Below the pieces are notes generated by a model. The model saw only the letters and a program-made list of their open reading frames with translations, did no database searches and was not told the DNA's origin. A DNA stretch of 64,000 bases from the IMG/VR virus record IMGVR_UViG_3300032007_000017. One strand, 5' to 3'. Numbering within the stretch: the stretch's first letter is position 1; each line of letters begins with the position of its first letter. Positions 56,443 through 64,000 of the stretch are shown in pieces. The stretch is from a virus (taxonomy: Duplodnaviria; Caudoviricetes). The position numbers were made by a program, and so were the translations under genes.

Positions 56443-57084
56443 TTATAAGTATGTGTGTAGTAATCTTGTGAGTAAAATAGCATTGCCAATATCAGCAGCA
56501 GGACTATATTTGATGAAAACTCTACCATCTTTTATATAAGACCCTTCAAAATGATCAATCAATTTATTTATAATATACTGATTGATACTAATTGTAATAA
56601 ATGAGTCTTTTGAATATCCTGTATTGATATTAAATGATAGATAAGACATCTTATGCAGTCCCATAAGCATTGCTTTATATTCTTTTGGATACTTATTATG
56701 GATATCTAAAGCACTAGCAATAGATGCATCCATGCGAATAAGCTGTGGATCGGTTCGATATCCACCATCCCCAAGAAATTCAATCCAATGCTGTTCATAT
56801 ATTGGAATAATTTCATCAATTATTCTTACATTAAGAGTATGGACAAATGCAGCTTTCGTTTGATCATCATGAACAAGCTGATCATATAACTCCTTTGTAT
56901 CATTTAGAGCTTTTAAACGAGCTTGATTTGTTAGACCTCTTAAAAGCTGATTGGTTGTTGCTTCATCGGTTATTTTACCATGTTTTTTATTAGCCGTTGA
57001 TAGTGCTGTTGATGCATAAGCTTCTATAATAACTGATTCAGGATCAGAAGCATCATAAAATGAATAATGCCCTACACTATACAT
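56443..57084 (-). CDS. Hypothetical protein
   Basis: 213 aa; GGAGG RBS; terminator 56418-56444. Confidence 0.75.
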   Translation of the reverse strand: MYSVGHYSFYDASDPESVIIEAYASTALSTANKKHGKITDEATTNQLLRGLTNQARLKALNDTKELYDQLVHDDQTKAAFVHTLNVRIIDEIIPIYEQHWIEFLGDGGYRTDPQLIRMDASIASALDIHNKYPKEYKAMLMGLHKMSYLSFNINTGYSKDSFITISINQYIINKLIDHFEGSYIKDGRVFIKYSPAADIGNAILLTRLLHTYL

Positions 57085-57086
57085 TA

Positions 57087-57863
57087 TTATAAGTCCTCCA
57101 ATTTCTTAACACCGCCAATCAATCTTCCTTCAATAGAAGTATTGGTTTTCTTTACTTTCTCTTCTTCATTCAATGCAGGAAGTTGATGGTTATTAGCCGC
57201 ATCATCAAGATCCACTCTATTAGTTCCAAGAGGAATCCCCATAGATGCTACCATGATCTGAGCACTAATAAATGGATTAAATCCATCTAATGCTGTCTTT
57301 AAAGCAAACAATTGATCTACTGTCATAGTATAGTCAACTGCATCTCTTCCATTATCAAGTTCAATTGCAATACCTGGCATTTGAGAATTTCCAACGCCTA
57401 TTACAACTGGATTAAACATGAGAGATACTCCACTAGGAAGATCTTGTAATCCTATTCTAGGAACATTGGTCATTCCAAGTACCATCTCATTATTATTTTT
57501 AGCAAATAGCTTACTATATTTACTAGAAGTAAACCATTGAATCATTTCATCGATTCTTTGTTTTAGAATATAGAAATCACTTAATCCAATTCTAATAAAG
57601 AATTTATCACGATCTTTTGGTTTAAGTACTTCTTCTAAGCTTATATAATAATCAAACCCTCGTTTAATAGATACTCTTTTATATCCTTGAAGAGTATACT
57701 CATATTCTTTATAAAAGAAGTATCTATTATCATTAAATGACTTAGCGAGAGCTACATTTATTCTTAAAATCAGTCCACGTCCAACGTGAATGATGTCATC
57801 ACTAAATTTCTCAAATTTAATTATCTCGAATGGTTCATAGAAATTACGTTCGTTTTCTTTCAT
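57087..57863 (-). CDS. Hypothetical early protein
   Basis: 258 aa; GAGGTG RBS; GATATTAT motif 57891-57884. Confidence 0.75.
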   Translation of the reverse strand: MKENERNFYEPFEIIKFEKFSDDIIHVGRGLILRINVALAKSFNDNRYFFYKEYEYTLQGYKRVSIKRGFDYYISLEEVLKPKDRDKFFIRIGLSDFYILKQRIDEMIQWFTSSKYSKLFAKNNNEMVLGMTNVPRIGLQDLPSGVSLMFNPVVIGVGNSQMPGIAIELDNGRDAVDYTMTVDQLFALKTALDGFNPFISAQIMVASMGIPLGTNRVDLDDAANNHQLPALNEEEKVKKTNTSIEGRLIGGVKKLEDL

Positions 57864-57991
57864 TACTATTACACCTCATGGTAATAATATCCAATTATAA
57901 AAAAGAAAAGCCCTGGGTTTTATCCCAGGGCTTGTTCTTTCTACCCTACTATGCTGTTGCCGATGTTGTAGAAAACCATTGGCGAGTAGGG

Positions 57992-58171
57992 TTATGCGAG
58001 CCCAAGCGCTGCGAAAAATGCAGCCGCGGGATCTGCCTCTTCCTTGTTGGGGTAAGCGATCTTCGCGGCGTTGATCAACGCCATACGCTCCTCATGGGAC
58101 TTGGACTGATAGTCAACAGACTTCAGCCACTTAAGGGCCTCCATGGAGAGAAGTTCACCGTCATGCGACAT
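57992..58171 (-). CDS. 59-aa small early protein
   Basis: MSHDGELLSMEALKW...; AAGGAGG upstream; overlaps the end of the 632-aa gene. Confidence 0.6.
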   Translation of the reverse strand: MSHDGELLSMEALKWLKSVDYQSKSHEERMALINAAKIAYPNKEEADPAAAFFAALGLA

Positions 58172-60059
58172 TTTCTTTCTTATCCTCCTTTTTATCTGGT
58201 TTCTTTTCGGACTTGTTCTGCTCTGTCTTTTCCTCCTTCTTTTTCTTCTGTTCAGACTTCTCCTTCTTGGCATTCAGCTTCTTGGTATACCATTCAGGAG
58301 CTGCCGCACCATCGAATACAATATCAAGATCATACTTGATATCGGTACCGGTATTGCTGTTAATGAGAACAGTATGACCATCCTCAATGGTGGGGGTACA
58401 ATAGATATCGACCCTCCTACGTTTCATAATATTCGGGACGAGGTAATTATCGTCGACACCATCATTTGTCAGTACGAATGTCTGCTTATCATCAAGGATA
58501 TTGACGAAGTTGAATCGGCCATAAGCCGGATCCAACTTTGTTGCCATTCTGATGCAAGCGCCGCGAATGATGTTCTTCTCCGCAGCTCCCATATCTTTAA
58601 AGGACATGCTGCGAAGATTGATTCTCCTATTGGTGATAAGCATCCTTTCGTTGTACAGGATGCTTGCTTTGCGAGTCGGTTCATCGAGTCCGTTCAAGCC
58701 ATATTTGAAGAGCTTGTCCATGAACTCTTCATCAAGCTCGCGGATCTTTCCCTTGTCTTTGAACAGAGAATAGACTACCTGGGCATCTTCCAGGACACTA
58801 TAGGTTCCATCCGGGTTTGCAATGGGCCAAATGCCATACCGATTGTCGATCACCTTTCCAAAGTCGATGATGAATGACTTATCGGGGAGGTATACGAGGT
58901 TCCCGTTGTTGAATGTTCTGACGAACAATAGTGCAAGCTGTTGGTTATTATCGAGGATAACCTCCGGATGGATCAAATAGCCATTGCCGTTAGCAATGGT
59001 CATGATCTTATTGATCCACGGATACTTTCCGAGGACGCTACCGAGATATTCAGCCTCCTGCTGGGTTATGGGCTGAAAGGCAGATGCCACAGGATCATGC
59101 TTCGGTACGTCCATGCGGTTCTGTGTGATGAAATCGGGAGCCTGTTTATCAGAATATACTCCGCCATTCAAGTCCCCACGGAAAGCTTCCGGGAAACTCT
59201 TCCCTCCCAAAGGGTCGATCGGGTTTACATCAACTTTCTGGTTCATAAACCATGCGAAGGGATTGTTAGGATCATCAGTAATCGAAGTGAACGCCGCCTT
59301 CTTCTGAGGCTCAGTCTTTGCTTCCTCAGCCTTGGGCTCTTCAGTCTTAGATTCTTCCTTCTTCTCCTCGGACTTGGCTTCGTCCTTGGGATCCTCAGTC
59401 TTGGCCTTTTTCGGACCAGACTTAATGTCATCTTTCTTGATGCCGCTGACAGCATCATTGATCTTGCTGATTTTCAGCTTTTTCGCCTCTCGGATTCCAT
59501 CCTGGATCTTATCGGCCGCCTTGGTGATGGAATTGGAATCGCCGACTGCCAAAATTCCGATTGCCTCATCAAGAGCCTTACTGAACTCTTTCAGCGGAGT
59601 TTCATAGGGCTTGATTGCGGGAGCAAGAGTCATCAGCTTGGTGATGCTCTGAAAATCAGGCAAGTATCGTTTCAGGACTTCTGCACAAGTCCTGACAATA
59701 TCCTTAGCCTTCTCTAGCCGGTCGAGAGGGAGAACTTTAGCTGCGGACATCATGATTGAGACGACCTCAAGGGCCTTCTCAAAGACCTCGTCTTCGTCCT
59801 CGGCTTCCATGTCAAGCATGGATTTGTCGAAAGCGAAGCTGTCTCTGACCTTCAGCAGTTCATTACTGAAAGCCACAGTCTGGAACTCTTCAGTTCCGAT
59901 AATGGGGCGCTGACCTTGGAACGATTCCCGTTCAGCTTTCGTCGGGCGCTTCCAACCGTCGTAGATGATGCCAAGCTCATTGGCTTCCTCTACAGTGTTG
60001 GTGCCGAACATTTTGTCGAACACGCTCCAGGTACTCGGGTCCACGATTCTAATAGACAT
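58161..60059 (-). CDS. Large early protein, function unknown
   Basis: 632 aa; higher GC; TATATTAT 60127-60120; leader hairpin; GAGGAGG RBS. Confidence 0.8.
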   Translation of the reverse strand: MSIRIVDPSTWSVFDKMFGTNTVEEANELGIIYDGWKRPTKAERESFQGQRPIIGTEEFQTVAFSNELLKVRDSFAFDKSMLDMEAEDEDEVFEKALEVVSIMMSAAKVLPLDRLEKAKDIVRTCAEVLKRYLPDFQSITKLMTLAPAIKPYETPLKEFSKALDEAIGILAVGDSNSITKAADKIQDGIREAKKLKISKINDAVSGIKKDDIKSGPKKAKTEDPKDEAKSEEKKEESKTEEPKAEEAKTEPQKKAAFTSITDDPNNPFAWFMNQKVDVNPIDPLGGKSFPEAFRGDLNGGVYSDKQAPDFITQNRMDVPKHDPVASAFQPITQQEAEYLGSVLGKYPWINKIMTIANGNGYLIHPEVILDNNQQLALLFVRTFNNGNLVYLPDKSFIIDFGKVIDNRYGIWPIANPDGTYSVLEDAQVVYSLFKDKGKIRELDEEFMDKLFKYGLNGLDEPTRKASILYNERMLITNRRINLRSMSFKDMGAAEKNIIRGACIRMATKLDPAYGRFNFVNILDDKQTFVLTNDGVDDNYLVPNIMKRRRVDIYCTPTIEDGHTVLINSNTGTDIKYDLDIVFDGAAAPEWYTKKLNAKKEKSEQKKKKEEKTEQNKSEKKPDKKEDKKENVA

Positions 60060-60153
60060 AAAAATGTCCTCCTCTTAATAAGATATAGAGAGGCCGTGGA
60101 AGCCTCTCTACTCAATATAATAATATACAATCATTGATGTATATTATTACGAT

Positions 60154-61752
60154 TTAACTGGGATTCCCAGATTCATCAAAAAAGACATATCTATATTTCT
60201 TTACCATTTCTCCTGTACGTTCATCTAATGTAGAGAATGGAGTATATAGATGGTTTCTTTCTTGAATGATTTTATTAGCTCTATCTTCTAATTCATTTGG
60301 TTTCATAGTTACTTCAACACATTCGGTAGCGTATTTAGCAAATACAGGTCTCTTTGCATTGTAATACTTTCTCAATTGAGGGAATCCAGTATCTACAATG
60401 TCTTTATAGATAGTCCCATCTGCTCTTGTACGACCAAACGTTTGTTGTGCTAAAACCTTTGACTTAAAAGGTTCCGCTAATACAATTGTTTCTACTAATC
60501 CAGCAATGTCCATTGCTGCACCAGCAGATTTAGTATTAGATAGAATAATCTTCTTTTCAAGCTCAGCTTGTCGATCATTCTTATCTATTTCACCATAATA
60601 AGTCCCTACATAGTTCGTCAACTCAGGATAATTCTCTATAAGCCAATCTCTTATATAGAGTATTCCTGCATTGGTTCCAATATACCATAAAGACTTACCA
60701 GGCTTATTAAGTGCTTGAGATACCAAGATATGCAGTAACTGATGGAATGATTCTTGCCGAATGATATAACCGGTATATCCTAAACGATTCAATCCATAAG
60801 CATTCTGTAAATCGGACATCTGTTTTGCAGAAGGTTGAGAATTGAATTTTATAGCTGCATATTTTGTATGAGGATCTAAATCTCTATTAAAGAGATCGAT
60901 AAAAGGAGTACCAGTAAAGTACTCTTTAAAGATTTCATTCTCTTCAAAAGAAGATCTATTTGGAGTTGCAGTTAGATAGAGAGTAAGGAAAGTATTAGTA
61001 GCACAGTCAATCCTAAACATATTATCCATATCAAGATGTGACTCATCATATACCTTAATACCTACTCCCATAAACTTAAATAAGTCTCCTACTCCAGACC
61101 ATCCATAGTGATTGGCATATGCTCTTACTGTAGAATGGAGCATCAGATAAACAGAATACTTCTTTCCAGTAGACATAATTCTTCTCATATTGGTTGGAGT
61201 AATATAGCATATTTCATCAGGAGTAATATCTGTATACTCTTGAAAGAAATTATACCATTGATCGAGACAACCAGATGTGGTTGTTACAACTGCACATCTC
61301 ATCTTTCTAAGAGAAAGAGATGCAATTGCACAATAGGTCTTACCCTTACCAGTATTCAGATTCAATGATAGCATTGTATAATTCTGAGTATACTCATAAG
61401 GATTCATACCCATAATAAACTTGATAGCAAGTTTTTGGTCTTCATTCTTTGGAGTATATTTGATATTCAATGGACGATCCATTGGTTCTGCTGGATCAAA
61501 GTCTCGAATAACCCTAATGGTAGTAGTATCTCCGAGCATCCATTTCATTTTATCAATATCAACTCCACGAGGAAGCATTAATACTTTTCGTTCACTATCA
61601 TACTCCATTCCTTTTGGTTCTAGTTTGAAGTATGTCTTTGTAATCATTTTCTTAATTAAATGCTTCTTTTCAATATAAGGAAAGTCACCCATCTCGTAGT
61701 TTGTAATCTCTGCATGGGTTCTATAGACTACAATTTCATGCGGTTTATCCAT
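60154..61752 (-). CDS. Superfamily 2 DNA helicase (UvsW/Rad25-like)
   Basis: LNTGKGKT, VYDESH, LTATP, AMDIAGL, QQTFGRTR. Confidence 0.88.
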   Translation of the reverse strand: MDKPHEIVVYRTHAEITNYEMGDFPYIEKKHLIKKMITKTYFKLEPKGMEYDSERKVLMLPRGVDIDKMKWMLGDTTTIRVIRDFDPAEPMDRPLNIKYTPKNEDQKLAIKFIMGMNPYEYTQNYTMLSLNLNTGKGKTYCAIASLSLRKMRCAVVTTTSGCLDQWYNFFQEYTDITPDEICYITPTNMRRIMSTGKKYSVYLMLHSTVRAYANHYGWSGVGDLFKFMGVGIKVYDESHLDMDNMFRIDCATNTFLTLYLTATPNRSSFEENEIFKEYFTGTPFIDLFNRDLDPHTKYAAIKFNSQPSAKQMSDLQNAYGLNRLGYTGYIIRQESFHQLLHILVSQALNKPGKSLWYIGTNAGILYIRDWLIENYPELTNYVGTYYGEIDKNDRQAELEKKIILSNTKSAGAAMDIAGLVETIVLAEPFKSKVLAQQTFGRTRADGTIYKDIVDTGFPQLRKYYNAKRPVFAKYATECVEVTMKPNELEDRANKIIQERNHLYTPFSTLDERTGEMVKKYRYVFFDESGNPS

Positions 61753-62227
61753 GATTTCTCCTATTTTCAAATCCAGTAATTCCAAGAATATATCGAAGTT
61801 CTTTCTTAAGAATCCTAACCTGATTTAAACGTAATCCATGCTGTTTAGCATATTGTTTAGAATCATACATCAGAATATCTCTGCATGTATAAGCATCAAT
61901 AAATTTACAATTATTATTGATCTTAATACCAAAATCATGTTTATCATTATCTTCATGAAGCATATTGAAGATCTGATGAACAGGGATTCCTGCTTTAAAA
62001 CAAATAGGTTCATAGAGCAACTTAATATCTGAAAATAGATATAATAGAAAAAGGGATGTACTAGTCGCTTGATACATCCGATTATTATCATCATATAGCT
62101 TACGAGTAGCAATCTTGAAATCTCTAATTCTATTATTTACTACTACAGATTTAGATTTTGGTTCTCCATATTTATTAAATACAGTTTCTGGATAACTGTA
62201 CTTTGCTAGATTATGTGGTGCCTTCAT
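61745..62227 (-). CDS. Hypothetical early protein
   Basis: 160 aa; CATATTAT motif 62268-62261. Confidence 0.65.
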   Translation of the reverse strand: MKAPHNLAKYSYPETVFNKYGEPKSKSVVVNNRIRDFKIATRKLYDDNNRMYQATSTSLFLLYLFSDIKLLYEPICFKAGIPVHQIFNMLHEDNDKHDFGIKINNNCKFIDAYTCRDILMYDSKQYAKQHGLRLNQVRILKKELRYILGITGFENRRNHG

Positions 62228-62321
62228 GTGTTATTCATACCCTTTCATTTTATTATGATGATAATATGTAACTAAAAAAGAAAACGAGGGAGATTTACTC
62301 CCTCGTTTCTCATGCTAGAGA

Positions 62322-64000
62322 TTAGATAATGTCAACGATCTTTGTATCTTCAGGGTGTCTCATATTAGCAACTGCATTACGAAGCTGCTTTTCTGAAACA
62401 TGAGTAATATTTTCTATCTCTTTCTTCATCTTTTTACTTTCAATAATCCTTAAGCGGATCATGAGAGCATATAGGTGTTTTGAAAGATTTTTGGGTTGAT
62501 CTGCATACTTTTTAAGCTGATTGATCTCACTATTCTTTGCGAATTTGTAATGGGACCAAATCTTAAAGAATACAAAGTTTACATTACCATAGCAATTGTG
62601 GATAGGGGCATTCAACATCTGAGTGCAGTCTTTGATAGAATGGGTATTAAACCATTCGGCAATATCGTTAAAATCCATTACAATCTTGTATACCATTGTA
62701 TTATTTTCTCTCGAATACAGGAGGTAATAGAACACGATCTTGTCCTCAATACATGTCCCATTATAAATAATGGATTTATCCAAATATTGACTAATGGAAC
62801 CATCATCATACGATGCTCTATAGTCATTTATAATTGCATCGATATTTTTATAATTGCCGAATAATTTGCTGGTTCTAAATCTCTTAATGAACCCATTTAA
62901 CTCTACTTTTATATTATACTTGTATCCGTTACCGTGTTCATACATGTATCTATTAAAGCAACTAGTAAAGTGTCCATAAGAGCAAACGAGATTAGGCTCA
63001 AGAGATGTAATATCGCGATAAATGTCTATAAGGTTCTTATTAGATTTCGCTTCTTCCAGGATAAGATCACGAAGAATTACATTCTCCATGGGATTGGTGT
63101 ATTTGTTGATAGTTCTACAATCGCAGGCTTTAGTAGAAGGATCACAGTTATCCGTAACGCATTCTATAAGCAGTCTAGCCATGCCCTTATAGCAATAGTA
63201 GCTATTGATTGATTTATAGAGCCCAGCTCTAACAAGTACTTCACCAGGAGTTGAAACAAGTAGCTCGATATTCCGTCTGCTCATATAGTTTGTTTTAGCA
63301 TGATCGAACCTAACGGCTTCTTGTTTAACAAATTTCCTATAAATCGATCTAATAGGAAGACTATCGTCTATAACGTATTTAGAATACTCTTTAAATAATA
63401 GATCGACTTCATTTTTTACTGAATCTGAAATAGCAATATTATCAATGATATTAGTATTACCATTGCTATTACCATTATCAGTTTCAACGCTATTGACTGT
63501 ATCATCCTTTACTAATCTAGGGCGAATACCAGCCTTGGATTTCTTTTCAGATTCGTCAGGTTTTTCATCAGATTTCTTGGATTCGATAGCGCGAGCTACG
63601 TATTTCAGAACAGCGTCGTGCTCATCTTTTTCACGCTGTTCTTTCTTTTGTTGCTCGAACTTTTTCACTCGTTCATTGAACTTGTCGATTTGGGATTTCT
63701 TTTCTTCGGCATGTTCGCTACTAATTTTTGTAGGAACTACAGTAGTGGTGCTAGGAGTAATTACTGCAGAAGATTGATGATAGTCCAACAGGTTATTGCT
63801 GGGTCCGCACATACCATACAGCATACCTCTAATAGGATTGTATGTGTACGGTAAGATCGTAACTACTCCGTTCTCAACGGTAAAATAGCCCATGAGAATA
63901 TGAACATAAAACTCGATCACATTTAGATAGACGCTTCCGATATTGTCGTATATGTGTACAATAGATGCGGTATTGAAAGTATTGGGTTCTACATTGTACA
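62322..64000 (-). CDS. Hypothetical protein, 5' end outside the window
   Basis: Frame stays open from 63920 to the window edge; terminator 62281-62308. Confidence 0.7.
   Translation of the reverse strand, partial: YNVEPNTFNTASIVHIYDNIGSVYLNVIEFYVHILMGYFTVENGVVTILPYTYNPIRGMLYGMCGPSNNLLDYHQSSAVITPSTTTVVPTKISSEHAEEKKSQIDKFNERVKKFEQQKKEQREKDEHDAVLKYVARAIESKKSDEKPDESEKKSKAGIRPRLVKDDTVNSVETDNGNSNGNTNIIDNIAISDSVKNEVDLLFKEYSKYVIDDSLPIRSIYRKFVKQEAVRFDHAKTNYMSRRNIELLVSTPGEVLVRAGLYKSINSYYCYKGMARLLIECVTDNCDPSTKACDCRTINKYTNPMENVILRDLILEEAKSNKNLIDIYRDITSLEPNLVCSYGHFTSCFNRYMYEHGNGYKYNIKVELNGFIKRFRTSKLFGNYKNIDAIINDYRASYDDGSISQYLDKSIIYNGTCIEDKIVFYYLLYSRENNTMVYKIVMDFNDIAEWFNTHSIKDCTQMLNAPIHNCYGNVNFVFFKIWSHYKFAKNSEINQLKKYADQPKNLSKHLYALMIRLRIIESKKMKKEIENITHVSEKQLRNAVANMRHPEDTKIVDII

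Larger units (their letters stand above)
1..64000. other. Jumbo myophage genome segment (AR9/PBS1/phiKZ-related, multisubunit RNAP-encoding)
   Basis: Terminase, prohead protease, baseplate, tape measure and split beta'-like RNAP subunit; AR9-type AACA-N6-TA promoters; no cellular housekeeping operons. Confidence 0.93.

Noticed and set aside
1-64000. CRISPR array, tRNA, rRNA, IS or integrase
   Set aside because: No regularly spaced repeats, cloverleaf or transposase/integrase motifs seen by eye; not confirmed by software
1-64000. Alternative genetic code (stop recoding)
   Set aside because: Genes are long and intact in code 11; TAA, TAG and TGA all end genes at sensible positions

Overview
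The whole window is a segment of a jumbo myophage genome related to the AR9/PBS1/phiR1-37/phiKZ-type phages that encode multisubunit RNA polymerases. Strong GGAGG ribosome-binding sites suggest a Firmicutes host; the standard genetic code is used. It carries mostly late/virion genes: prohead protease, terminase large subunit, gp6- and gp25-like baseplate proteins, a ~2860-aa tape-measure/lysin, a neck-like protein and paralogous internal head proteins. It also has a beta'-like RNAP subunit split by two ORF-less group I introns, the second inserted inside the catalytic DYDGD motif with no canonical U at its 5' splice site. Other recognisable genes are FolD-like, dCTP deaminase, RusA-like resolvase, SF2 helicase and a PC4/YdbC-like protein. 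Two promoter classes can be read directly: 25 AR9-type late sites AAC(A/T)-N6-TA and about 10 early-type (T/C/G)ATATTAT sites. Some of these point at ORF-free DNA, which reveals candidate non-coding RNAs. Two related late RNAs (3941-4072 minus; 56226-56391 plus) share architecture and carry anti-Shine-Dalgarno/anti-AUG segments. An early ~200-nt rod-shaped RNA (4140-4341 minus) has an internal loop complementary to early-mRNA leader hairpin loops. Virion polyproteins with enzyme cargo between putative Glu cleavage sites, a likely -1 frameshift chaperone pair and a recombination scar at folD are also seen. All family assignments are from motif recognition; no searches were run.
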